The notes below the pieces were generated by a model. The model did not search any database, was not told the DNA's origin, and was given only the letters and a program-made list of their open reading frames with translations. The translations under genes and the position numbers were made by a program. A DNA stretch of 63,761 nucleotides, counting the filler, from Octopus bimaculoides (lineage: Eukaryota), in the NCBI RefSeq assembly GCF_001194135.2. It is 9 parts of 9 records of this genome, joined end to end, with 100 filler letters (N's around TTAATTAATTAA, not from the genome) between each part and the next. Parts side by side here need not be neighbours in the genome. Positions count along the whole stretch, not along the records: positions 37,784 to 47,485 come from NC_068988.1; positions 47,586 to 51,420 come from NW_026349835.1; positions 51,521 to 61,880 come from NC_068986.1; 6 more parts are not named here. The stretch is one strand, 5' to 3'. Numbering within the stretch: position 1 is the first letter of the stretch; each line of letters opens with the position of its first letter. Positions 40,256-51,910 of the stretch are shown piece by piece.

Positions 40256-41122
40256 TGTATATGTGTCAATCTGTCAGTGTGAAGTGTGTGGGTGTGAATG
40301 GACATAGTCAAATACACGCACTGTGTCCACACACACTGTGTCCCATGTGTGTGTATGTTTATACAATCGTAGAGAGACAGTGAAGGCGGGTGACAGCGTG
40401 TACATATGAGTCAATGTACGAGGACGAACGTATAAATTATACACAATCGCAAACACATACACACGCGTGCATGAGTATATATATAACTGCGTGCGTGTGT
40501 GATTTCCTGTATATAAAGAGTGAGTTTATATATATATACAAATGGGGAAATAGTACTCAATAAATGTAAGTAGTTTATTAGAAGCTAAACTTCCTAGAAT
40601 CGCAACTCAAAGAGTTTACTCTACAACAATTTTCAGGTTAATAATAATAATAATAATAATGATGATAATAAATACATATGTGAGTGTGTGTATGTATCTG
40701 TGTATGTTTACGTGTGTTTGTGTACGTAGTCACGCGTACAGTAGGTCAGACATACACGCATACACAGACACAGGTCCTGTTTAGGGAAGAGAAAACAATC
40801 GAAAACGTATCAAATACAATAAACAGGGGTCATTTAAAATGAAAAGAGAGGCAGGAAAAGCTAGACAGAGAAACAGAGAGACAGCAAATGCTGTGAGAAT
40901 CGTTATTTTTTTCTCCTTTCTTTAATTGTTTTTGTTTCGTGTCGAAGAAACAAGACGAAAAAAATAGCTTCATTGTAATATAAGATATTGTAGGAGTAAA
41001 GGGAGGAATCGAAGATGTTGTGTTAGAAGAGATAATTAAAAATATTAATTACTGTCGGCTGGTGATGTGATGATACCGCGATCGTCCAGAAGAAGAAGAG
41101 AACGGAAGAATAAATGAGAAAA

Positions 41123-41237
41123 TCACTTCAGAGTTGAATGTTCCATTTCACTGTAACGTCCATTTTGTTGATACCCGTATGGAGAGGAAGGGACGGTAAC
41201 TCGGGAAGGATTTGGTTGATAGTTGTGTCCCTTGTTT
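41123..41237 (-). CDS. Candidate terminal coding exon of an unidentified minus-strand gene
   Basis: Non-repetitive segment emerging from a gap, reading NKGHNYQPNPSRVTVPSSPYGYQQNGRYSEMEHSTLK*, followed by UTR-like unique sequence. No homolog recognised and other frames are also open. Confidence 0.25.
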
Positions 41238-41597
41238 NNNNNNNNNNNNNNNNNNNNNNNNNNNNNNNNNNNNNNNNNNNNNNNNNNNNNNNNNNNNNNN
41301 NNNNNNNNNNNNNNNNNNNNNNNNNNNNNNNNNNNNNNNNNNNNNNNNNNNNNNNNNNNNNNNNNNNNNNNNNNNNNNNNNNNNNNNNNNNNNNNNNNNN
41401 NNNNNNNNNNNNNNNNNNNNNNNNNNNNNNNNNNNNNNNNNNNNNNNNNNNNNNNNNNNNNNNNNNNNNNNNNNNGGAAAATGAGAAAATAGAGGAAGAG
41501 GAGGAAGACAAGGGAGAGGAAGAGAGAAGAGGGAGAACGAGGGGGAGACAGTAACAGAGAGAGAGAGAGGATGAGAGAGAGTGTGTGAGAGACAATC

Positions 41598-41640
<43 letters not shown>

Positions 41641-41928
41641 AGAAAAGAGAGGAAGAGGGTAAGAGAAAGAGACGGAGCGAGAGAGAAGAGAGCAGAGGAA
41701 GAGAAAAAGAGGGAAGAGACACAAGACAGAGCGTGTGAGAGAGAAAAAGACAGACACAGACAAAGAGAAAGAGGAGAGACAGAAGAAGAGAGGGGGTGAT
41801 AGTAAGAGAAAGGCGGGGAATACGGAAACAGAGAGATAGAGACACAGGGACGGAAAGTGGCAGGTAGACAGACAGGCAGACAGACAGATAGACAGACAGA
41901 CAATTTGGTGAGATTAATTACCGTGAAG

Positions 41929-42240
41929 AAGACGGCGAGCTGGCAGAGTGGTTAGCACGCCGGGCGAAATGCTTCGCAGTATTTCGTCTGCCGCTACGTT
42001 CTGAGTTCAGATTCCGCCGAGGTCGTCTTTGTCTTTCATCTTTCGGGGTCGATAAATTAAGTGCCAGTTGCGTACTGGAGTCGATCTCATCGACTGACCA
42101 TCTCCCCGAAAATTTCTGGCCTTGTGCCTAGGGTAGAATAGAATCGTTAAAGCGTCAGACAAAATGTTTAGCGACATTTCTTCTGGCTCAAATTCCGCCG
42201 AGATAGACTTTGCCTTTCATCCTCTCAGGCTCGACAAAGT
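41929..42240 (+). mobile_element. SINE A' (41929-42140) followed by a head-truncated SINE A-like remnant
   Basis: Junction gggtagaata|gaatcgttaaagcgtcagacaaaatg; the second core is gactttgcctttcatcc. Confidence 0.82.
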
Positions 42241-42297
42241 CTACAAGCAGGACCACTTGAGTATTACAGTCAAATGCTGCTCTACAAACTCCTAGTA

Positions 42298-42685
42298 CAG
42301 TGATACCTCGCAGTACGAGTTTAATTCGTTCCATGACCGAGCTTGTCTTATGATTTACTCGTTTTGCAAATCAGTTTCCCCCCACTGAAATTAACTAAAA
42401 TATAATTAATCTATTCCAGACCCACAAAACTACTCAAAAATAATTTTTTATGGGTTTTAAAATGAAAAAAAGATAAAGTTACAAGTCAAATGACAATTAT
42501 AAGCAAGAGAATACAAAAGAAATATGTAAACTGGTTTTATTAAACGAATTACTTTAAAGATGGTATGATTTGTATTCTCGTATTGCGGGTTTCCCCTCGT
42601 ACTTCAAGACAAAAATTCGCCCGAGTCTCGGCTCGTCCAGCAAATTACTCGTACAACGGTGCACTCGTACTGCGAGGTTCTACTG
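42298..42685. mobile_element. Tigger/pogo-like MITE
   Basis: 23-bp TIRs CAGTGATACCTCGCAGTACGAGT / ACTCGTACTGCGAGGTTCTACTG, TA on both sides, 388 bp, no ORF. Confidence 0.88.
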
Positions 42686-42839
42686 TATTTGATGTCGATA
42701 TTTTAGTTCGATCGTTAGAACTCTTTTAAACCTTTAGCATTCGGATTACTCCGTCAAATGTAATGTTTATTCATTCACATCGTTTTGAATTAATCAGGGC
42801 TTCTGTCATAGCCTTGAGATTTTGATGATGTGCTTACTC

Positions 42840-43250
42840 TCTCTCTTTTACTCTTTTACTTGTTTCAGTCATTTGACTGCGGCCATGCTGGAGCACCGCC
42901 ATAAGTCGAGCAAATCGACTCCGGGACTTACTCTTTGTAAGCCTAGTACTTATTCTATGGGTCTCTTTTGCCGAACCGCTAAGTGACGGGGACATAAACA
43001 CCCCAGCATCGGTTGTCAAGCGATGCTAGGGGGACAAACACAGACACACAAACATACACACACACACACATATATATACATATATACGACAGGCTTCTTT
43101 CAGTTTCCGTCTACCAAATCCACTCACAAGGCTTTGGTCGGCTCGAGGCTATGGTAGAAGACACTTGCCCAAGATGCCACGCAGTGGGACTGAACCCGGA
43201 ACCAGGTGGTTGGTAAGCAAGCTACGTACCTCACATCCACTCCTGCGCCT
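42840..43250 (-). mobile_element. SINE B, full length and well preserved
   Basis: Reverse complement runs from aggcgcaggagtgg... to ...ggcggtgctccagcatggccgcagtcaaatgactgaaacaagtaaaagagtaaaagag. Confidence 0.92.
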
Positions 43251-43779
43251 ATTGATTGCTTATTTATTCAATTACATTGTAGGGTAGGTGTGAGAGGCTA
43301 GATCTAACCGGTTTGCACTGAAAGCAGGTAGAATATTTATTCCGATATGACCGGTTCAAATGCTAAAGTGTTAGATTCGAGTGCTCACACACGCACAATA
43401 GCCATCAGTGAACCATAAAAAAACAAAAAACAAAAGAACTATGAAATTCCTTTATAATAATATTTATGTTAAAAATAAAAGTTATATCTATTTATTGCAT
43501 TTCTGGCGGTATTATCTTTATATGGTGAAAGTTATGTTTCGCTAATAAAGACATAACACCGAATCACGTACTGAGTTATCTTCTCTTAACTTGCTAAATT
43601 ATCATTAATCACTTACTAGTTTTTAACTTCTCGTTGTTTATCTATTTTCATCTGTTACAGGTTCCAGTCATTGGATTGCAGCCAATCTTTGGACTGAACG
43701 GTTCAGTCAACGAGTACTTATTATTTTTTTTTTTTTAATCTGTTTCTTATTCTATCGGTTTTACTTATTCTATCAGGCG

Positions 43780-43959
43780 CAAACAAGGACAGACAAAGGG
43801 ATTAAGTCGATTATATCGACCCCAGTGCGTAACTGGTACTTATTTAATCGACCCCGAAAAGACGAAAGGCAAAGTCGACCTCGGCGGAATTTGAACTCAG
43901 ACGAAATACCGCTAAGCATTTCGCCCGGCGTGCTAACGATTCTGCCAGCTCACCGCCTT
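43780..43959 (-). mobile_element. SINE A
   Basis: Reverse complement aaggcggtgagctggcagaatcgttagcacgccgggcg...gagttcaaattccgccgaggtcgactttgcc. Confidence 0.88.
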
Positions 43960-44181
43960 GATATATTTCCCTGGCACCCTTGCATCCCATACAATACACA
44001 TCCCAATTTCATTCCAGCCATCTGAGTAACTTGGGAATGGAAAGCTTAATATTATTCAGAACCTATGAAACGAGTATTAACTAAAAGACTGAAAAACAGG
44101 CAATTGACGTTAAGGACAAGCTTATGAAAATGCATTGGGCGGGCAAAGGTTTAAGTATATCAACTATATTAACACTAACTC

Positions 44182-44550
44182 AGTAGAGGCGCAATGGCCC
44201 AGTATTTAGGACAGCGGACTCACGGTCATAGGATCGCGGTTTCGATTCCCAGACCGGGCGTTGTGAGTGTTTATTGAGCGAAAACATCTGAGGCTCCGAC
44301 AGGGGATGGTGACGAACCCTGCTGTACTCTTTCACTACAACTTTCTCTCATTCTTACTTTCTGTTTTGCCTGTAATTCAAAGGGTCAGCCTTGTCACACT
44401 GTGTCACGCTGAATATCCCCGAGAGCTACGTTAAGGGTACACGTGTCTGTGGAGTGCTCAGCCACTTGCACGTTAATTTCACGAGCAGGCTGTTCCGTTG
44501 ATCAGATCAACTGGAACCCTCGACGTCGTAAGCGACGGAGTGCCAACAAT
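44182..44550 (+). mobile_element. tRNA-derived SINE family C, full length
   Basis: Head gaggcgcaatggcccagt...ggtttcgattccc. TSD-like aacactaact (44171-44180) / aagactaact (44551-44560). Confidence 0.9.
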
Positions 44551-45029
44551 AAGACTAACTTAAGTGCTATATTTCATGCAGATGGCGTCTATAAGTATTT
44601 TCTTGTTTTGTTTTGTTTTTTCTCTCTCTCCTCCTCCCTTTCTCTCTATGGTCGACAATACGATATTATTTCTTAACGCTTTTGGCACGTAAAATATTTT
44701 TCTAGCTCAAATTTCGTTATTTGTTTTAAATTTGCATCTCTGAAGCGTCCTCTACTGTGAAAAGAAGGTTAATTATTTTTTATAGATAATGTTGTTTTGT
44801 TGAATTTCACTCCATTCCATTGACGATGTTTATGTAGGTAGGTATAGTATTCCATTCCAAAATTCTTGCATTTAAAATATTTCTTTGTGCGTATGTTTGG
44901 CTGTGTGTGTGGATTTCCTCGGCACGTGCGCAATCCAATCGTATGCATATAAGCATGCATGCATGTATGTATGTATGTATGTATGTATGTATGTATGTAT
45001 GTATGTATGCATATGCAGTAGTAAGAAAC

Positions 45030-47075
45030 TCTCAAGAGAGCTGAACAGCAGAATGTCTTCAGAGACGAGCCTTGCCTTGCCTCCTCAGGCAACTATTTCA
45101 GCCCTTAACTTCGTACACTCTAACGGGGCCGGGCCGCATCCAGACCATGACTCCTTGGGTACCCTTCTGCGGACATTTTTTACTCCCTGGGATATCAGAG
45201 ACTTGTGCATTAAACTGTTTGGAGATTTCATCAACTTGGAACTCTTTGCTGTTCCAGCTTTCGAACTTACACTTAAGGAGATAACGTTAGTTGTCATGGT
45301 AGCGGTGAAACGACAACGCCACCACAATGACTCGCTGAGAGTTACTTCCCTTAGCGTTAAACTATAAATATTAGCCTTCAAACGGTATGGCGGTTGTTTT
45401 TGTTCCTCCTCGGCCAGACCCAGCCGGAACACCCCTCTGTTGTCTCTGGTATTGTCTTCAGGACTTTTGTCCTGTTCTTCTCAGACACTGAGAGTTGTTT
45501 TATCAGACTTGTACACAACAACTCTGGCTCCAACCTCTACGGAGCGAACCTTGACCCGGAAGTTCGCTTTACACAGGCTGTTGGCTAGACTGACGTATTA
45601 TTCGGCCTTGAACACGTGAACTTCTTCTATCCTGCTTTCAAATGGCATTCACTTGCTTTGATGAACAAGAATGATGTACGATATCCAGCCTGAAGCCACT
45701 CTTCCTGATGATTTCTGGTTGTTCTGCTGATCCTGGAAAGTCTGTTGAGCACACCCGGTCATCCGCACGACCCAGAAGACTCCATTCCTATGCCCCAGAT
45801 GGCATAGCTGTTCCTCGCCATGATTTGCTGCCTCCTACCGTGTAGAATGTTCCTGGAGATTCTGGTGCTATGGATTTTATTCTTGTCGTACTTGTCACCT
45901 AGTGGAGGCGCAATGGCCCAGTGGTTAGGGCAGCGGACTCGCAGTCATAGGATCGCGGTTTCGAATCCCAGACCGGGCGTTGTGAGTGTTTATTGATCGA
46001 ATACACCTAAAGCTCCACGAGGCTCCAGCAGGGGATGGTGGCGAACCCTGCTGTACTCTTTCACCACAACTTTCTCTCACTCTTTCTTCCTGTTTCTGTT
46101 GTACCTGTAATTCAAAGGGTCAGCCTTGTCACACTGTGTCACGCTGAATATCCCCGAGAACTACGTTAAGGGTACACGTGTCTGTGGAGTGCTCAGCCAC
46201 TTGCACGTTAATTTCACGAGCAGGCTGTTCCGTTGATCGGGTCAACTGGAACCCTCATCGTCGTAACAGACGGAGTGCCAACAACAACTTATCACCTGTA
46301 CTATCTCCTCCATGAAGTACTTGATTGTACCTCTGTGTGTCTCTCCCTTGGGCTAATGCTACTCTGCAGAAGCTCAGAACGTGTTCCACTCTCTGTCTAC
46401 CACAGCAGAGCGGACACACAGGATTATCTGATTTTCCCCACTTCGCCAGGTTCATATTCAAAAGCATGAGATCATCGACAGATTTGAAGATAAAACTTAC
46501 TCTACGAAAGTTGTTAAACACCACAAGTCATTCCAACTGAAACACTTCACGTCGCCCATTGACTCTGTTCACTCTACTGTACTGCCTTCCAGAGTCCTAT
46601 GGCATCCTCTTCTTTTTTTCACTTCCTGCAGATTCAGCTTCCCCTCATCTCTCTCTTGGCTTCTGACCACCATTTCATTCGTATTATGCCAAGTCCATGC
46701 TTACTGGCCTGAGTGTGTCCCATTATTGCTCTGATCATAAGGTTGCATACACCACCTTGTGGACTTTTCATTTCCTGCTTCTCATCATCTTGGGCCGGCT
46801 CGACCTCACGACCTTGTCTTTTGAGTCTTCAAGCATGGTAAAGAGCTTTACTTTTCCGATCTTGTATTCTCCTACGATGGACTTGAGAAATAACCTCAGC
46901 TTGAGCTATGGACATTAGAGTGCATCATCAGTGTGACCTGGTGGGGCACCAAGCCACTCCTTTGTGTACTGGCTGATTTTGGCTTCAATGTCTTCTCCAC
47001 TCACTATGCTAGTGCTGATATCGTTAATCAGAAGAGGCCAGAGAAGCTTTCGGATTAACAGGAAACAAAGAGGAG
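45030..47075 (-). mobile_element. 5'-truncated HERO-type (RLE) non-LTR retrotransposon interrupted by a SINE C
   Basis: RKLLWPLLI...EWLG; CPLC...EHVLSFCRVALAQGR...NQVL (CCHC knuckle); LRLDIV...ESRIEE...VEVGAR (PD-(D/E)xK-type endonuclease). Multiple stops. Confidence 0.85.
45901..46286 (+). mobile_element. SINE family C nested in the HERO-type element
   Basis: A box TGGCCCAGTGG, B box GTTTCGAATCC. TSD acttgtcacct (45890-45900) / acttatcacct (46287-46297). Confidence 0.93.
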
Positions 47076-47126
47076 ATAGACATCAATACATAAGAGGATA
47101 TTCTCATGTATATATTTCTACACTGA

Positions 47127-47179
<53 letters not shown>

Positions 47180-47185
47180 ATATAT

Positions 47186-47382
47186 ATGGTACTTTTTACA
47201 TGAGCTTAAAGCTTATGGCGATCGCCGTGCATTGACTAAGGAAAATAGTCTAATAAAGGGGCATATAAGCCCTCGACAGAAAAAAGAAGGCTTAGGGCTT
47301 ATATGCCCCTTTATCAGACAATTTTACTTAATCATTGCACGGTGATCACCATAAGCTTTAAGCTGATGTAATAAAATACCAT
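47186..47382. repeat. Foldback inverted repeat / MITE-like, about 88-bp arms, 20-nt spacer
   Basis: 47186-47273 is the reverse complement of 47294-47382 (ataaaggggcatataagccct / agggcttatatgcccctttat). Confidence 0.92.
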
Positions 47383-47585
47383 TATTATTATTTACATACA
47401 GGATTGTAAACATGACACCGTATAAAAAATAACTATTCGCACCTAAAGCGACATCATAGAGAGGGTACAGAAGGAACCTGGCACTNNNNNNNNNNNNNNN
47501 NNNNNNNNNNNNNNNNNNNNNNNNNNNNNTTAATTAATTAANNNNNNNNNNNNNNNNNNNNNNNNNNNNNNNNNNNNNNNNNNNN

Positions 47586-47622
<37 letters not shown>

Positions 47623-48898
47623 CAGAAAATGGAGAAAACTTTAGATCAAGAAACAAATCAATTGGACCACATCTGTAGATTATTTTTTTGATTTTCGCCT
47701 ACTGACTTCGAAGCCCTACGATGGAAGGTGGTATGATTTTAATATGTTAGGCCTCCTGGGTTCTCTAGACTATGTTTTAATTCCTATTCGCTCTCCTTTT
47801 GTTTATTTTCCGGATGCTTTTGTATTCACTCTGATGAAGCTTCATATACTAGTTCGAATATCCTATGAAGATGAAGACTATTATTTCCAAAATTCTTTCG
47901 TAGCCACTGACTGATATCGGAAGCAGAAACGGCCGTAAGAATTGTTATATCGCATAAATGTTATGTCACATAAATGTTATGTCATGTTTTGTATTAAAAA
48001 ATAATCTACAGATGTGGTCCAATTGATTTGTTTATTGATCTAAAATTTTCTCCATTTTCTGATTATCTAAATGTGATTCCTGATAAACTTTTGTTTATTC
48101 TGTTGTTACCTGTACCCTACGAGCATAGTATGCCTGTGTACCCATGCGCAGAGATAACACAGGTAACTGAAACCGATAGAAATACGGATATCTTATCTCT
48201 TAGTCGGTTACTATAACCGCTAAGTCTGCTTACTTTTATATACTTATATATATATATATATATATNNNNNNNNNNNNNNNNNNNNNNNNNNNNNNNNNNN
48301 NNNNNNNNNNNNNNNNNNNNNNNNNNNNNNNNNNNNNNNNNNNNNNNNNNNNNNNNNNNNNNNNNNNNNNNNNNNNNNNNNNNNNNNNNNNNNNNNNNNN
48401 NNNNNNNNNNNNNNNNNNNNNNNNNNNNNNNNNNNNNNNNNNNNNNNNNNNNNNNNNNNNNNNNNNNNNNNNNNNNNNNNNNNNNNNNNNNNNNNNNNNN
48501 NNNNNNNNNNNNNNNNNNNNNNNNNNNNNNNNNNNNNNNNNNNNNNNNNNNNNNNNNNNNNNNNNNNNNNNNNNNNNNNNNNNNNNNNNNNNNNNNNNNN
48601 NNNNNNNNNNNNNNNNNNNNNNNNNNNNNNNNNNNNNNNNNNNNNNNNNNNNNNNNNNNNNNNNNNNNNNNNNNNNNNNNNNNNNNNNNNNNNNNNNNNN
48701 NNNNNNNNNNNNNNNNNNNNNNNNNNNNNNNNNNNNNNNNNNNNNNNNNNNNNNNNNNNNNNNNNNNNNNNNNNNNNNNNNNNNNNNNNNNNNNNNNNNN
48801 NNNNNNNNNNNNNNNNNNNNNNNNNNNNNNNNNNNNNNNNNNNNNNNNNNNNNNNNNNNNNNNNNNNNNNNNNNNNNNNNNNNNNNNNNNNNNNTATA

Positions 48899-48934
<36 letters not shown>

Positions 48935-48948
48935 TGTATGTATGTATG

Positions 48949-48988
<40 letters not shown>

Positions 48989-49059
48989 CAGATACATATA
49001 TACATACATGCAAGCAAACAAACATTAGTGTGTACAAACATACATACATTCATACATAC

Positions 49060-50300
49060 GCTTCAGTAAGGGATATAACAGTCGGAGAAGGAAAAAATGA
49101 GCCTCAGAATTCTCTGCATACAATAAAACACTGGCCCACAATGTGCTTGCAGAACCAGTGCTCATCAAACATTTTGGCTACTTGATTTGGCGCTTGACAA
49201 GGTCCGAACCATAGATGAGAACACTCGAAAGATATTGACCAGCACAAACAATCTTCTACCTAAAACGAAATCAAGGAGGCAGGGGCTTAACATCGATCCA
49301 GACGGCTTTTTGGATGTCGTACCATACCCCCATCGGCAACTTCTTTTAAATACTAAGTGTCGAAGTGCATCTCCAGACCAACTTGGCATATACAAGGCAG
49401 ATAGTAAGATGGAAAGCAACTCCTCTAGCTATATTCTCTGTCTGATAACCTCAAATACATTTACAAAGAAGGGGCACGTCAACTGCAACACATCGGACGA
49501 GTGAATATCAGCAGAAGCCCATGCATAGATATGTTAGAAGAAAGTTTCAAGATAGCAGCATTATTCATAATTAAAGCAAGCTATCTTGGACCAACAATCG
49601 GATTACTAACTCTCCCTTTCGAAAGGTATGTGTTTGCAACCAAGGAACAGGAAATAGCAGTCAAATTCTTGATGCACAAAAGGAACAGAGACGCAGAAAA
49701 ATGCCGATATGTGATAACCTCTACAGCTATTATGGAGTTAATACTGAAGATATCACCTACATCATAAGCAGTTGTCCAAAGATGTCATCACTTTATTATC
49801 TACCGATCAGACATTATGTTGTGGCCAAAATACTCTACGATGAGATCTGTCGGAAGGTAGTCCTGAGACCAAAGATATAAGAACCTATAGTGAGGTATAT
49901 AAGAACCATAACCATTCAAAATATGAGAGAGTACTGGTGGAATATCCCTGTAAAAACCCCAATAAAATGCAAACATAACAGACCAGACATTGTAATTTAA
50001 GATAGATAAGGGAGACTACGCAGAGTATTGGAAATCAGTTGCGCAAAAGATGTCAGCGGAAATGTAAACACCTTACACTAGACTACTGAGGAATTTACAA
50101 CCAATCCATTCGGTTTACAAGTTCAGATTTAAACTTGTGATTATCTGAGCACTAAGATACGTAACCAACTGCTGTGTTACGGATGTTGAGAAAGTAGAGT
50201 TCTCAAGGCCAGAAAGGTGAAAGCCTACAGATACAAGCCATTAATCGAACTGTCAAAATACGTAAAACTTTTCAAAAGTTTAGCGTATAAATTTAGCATA
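49060..50300 (+). mobile_element. 5'-truncated R4/Dong-type RLE non-LTR retrotransposon
   Basis: IDENTRKILT...; EDITYIISSCPKMSSLYYLPIRHYVVAK (knuckle remnant); EYWWNIPVKTPIKCKHNRPDIV...LEISC (RLE). Stops and frameshifts. Confidence 0.85.
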
Positions 50301-50549
50301 TGCACTTGTCTATACATACAACTATGCGTATGAGTATACGTATATAAAAGAAATCATACAGATGTGCACATGCACTGACTCTAAATATTTGCACATATTA
50401 CACGCATACATGCACATATTATACGCATACATGCACAACCACCCTATTGATGCTGAAATTCCAATGAAGGAACTTTGGATCTAATTTAGAAATCAGCTCT
50501 TTCTCTATTTAGAGATAAAAGCAAATAACAACATACATACGCACATACA

Positions 50550-50582
<33 letters not shown>

Positions 50583-50929
50583 GCATATTTGCATATGTAT
50601 ACATGTATTTACAGAAATTTTATACGGGATACTTAAACATTTAATGACTTTCGTCTCGCTGTGAAAACAGAAACCATAGATAAACTACAGGATCCTCGTC
50701 GGCATCATAATGGTTTTTATTTTGGCTATATTCGTCTATGATTAGAAACTCGTCAGGGATCGCTTACTTCACCTTCTATCTGCAGGGGTTTACAGCTTCA
50801 TATAGAAAAAAGTAAACAACTTATGAAGAGCGTAATTAAATATGTATAGAGTCAAAATATCAGGGAATATTTTTTCTCATCAATTATACTGTTTTCTTCA
50901 CAGTTACTCTTACTTTCTTTTCTTTTTCT

Positions 50930-51290
50930 CGTGCCTCCCTCCACCTATATCATATTCACACCTATTCACCTTCCTTATCCGACTTTTGCATACCTCCACA
51001 CACCCTTTGCAACCACTTGCACCCTACGCCGCTCGCACGCCTCCTTTCATGCCCATCTCCCAAGACGGATACCGTCCTATACATTTACACAACACCTGGT
51101 CTCTTCCTCTCTTCCTCACTCCTCCCCACAGAGCTGCATTTCTAACCAGTGCTCAAACACCCCTCTTCTTCTTCTTCTTCTTCTTCTTTCCACCACCTTT
51201 TCTCCTAGTTCTTTTTTTTTCTGTTGAAAGGCTAACGTCCGAAACGTTACAGACTCTTTCTTTTCCTTTCCGATCGTTATACTCGTAATC
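50930..51290 (+). repeat. Penelope-like terminal remnant with a degenerate hammerhead core
   Basis: C/T-rich segment, (CTT)n, then CTGTTGA-A-AGGC-taac-GTCC-GAAA-C-GTTA (51221-51249). Confidence 0.45.
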
Positions 51291-51291
51291 C

Positions 51292-51420
51292 TTTCTACAA
51301 TATGCACAAGGCCTGAAATTATGAGGGAGGGGACCAGTCGATTACATCGACCCCAACTTAGAACGTAAAGACAGACGAAATGCCTCCAAGCATTTCGCCC
51401 GGCGTGCTAACGTTTCTGCC
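51292..51420 (-). mobile_element. SINE A' (internally deleted, head runs into gap)
   Basis: Reverse complement ggcagaaacgttagcacgccgggcgaaatgc; tail ggccttgtgc. Confidence 0.8.
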
Positions 51421-51540
51421 NNNNNNNNNNNNNNNNNNNNNNNNNNNNNNNNNNNNNNNNNNNNTTAATTAATTAANNNNNNNNNNNNNNNNNNNNNNNN
51501 NNNNNNNNNNNNNNNNNNNNGTGTGTGTGTGTGTGTGTGT

Positions 51541-51704
51541 GGGCGCAGGAGTAGCTGTGTGGTAAGTAGCTTGCTAACCAACCACATGGTTGTGGGTTCA
51601 GTCCCATTGTATTGCACCTTGAGCGAGTGTCTTCTACTCTGGCCGCCGGCCGACCAATGCTTTGTGAATGGATTTGGTAGACGGAAACTGAAAGACGCTC
51701 GTCT

Positions 51705-51739
<35 letters not shown>

Positions 51740-51910
51740 CTTGACATCCGATATTGTAAACTAGCGGTTCAGCAAAACTGAACAAAAAATATAATTACTA
51801 GGCGTACAAGGAATAACTCGTGAGGTCGATTTGTTTGACAAAAGGCGGTCTTCCAGCATGGCCACAGTCAAATAACTGAAACTAATAAAACAATAAAAGA
51901 ATAAAAGAAT
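51541..51910 (+). mobile_element. SINE B, full length
   Basis: ggcgcaggagtagctgtgtggtaag...gggttcagtccc...(TA)n...ggcggtcttccagcatggccacagtcaaataactgaaac. Confidence 0.9.

Noticed and set aside
44182-45975. tRNA genes at 44185 and 45905, and other SINE heads
   Set aside because: A/B boxes are present, but each continues into a multicopy SINE body with TSDs and has no clean acceptor stem or terminator.
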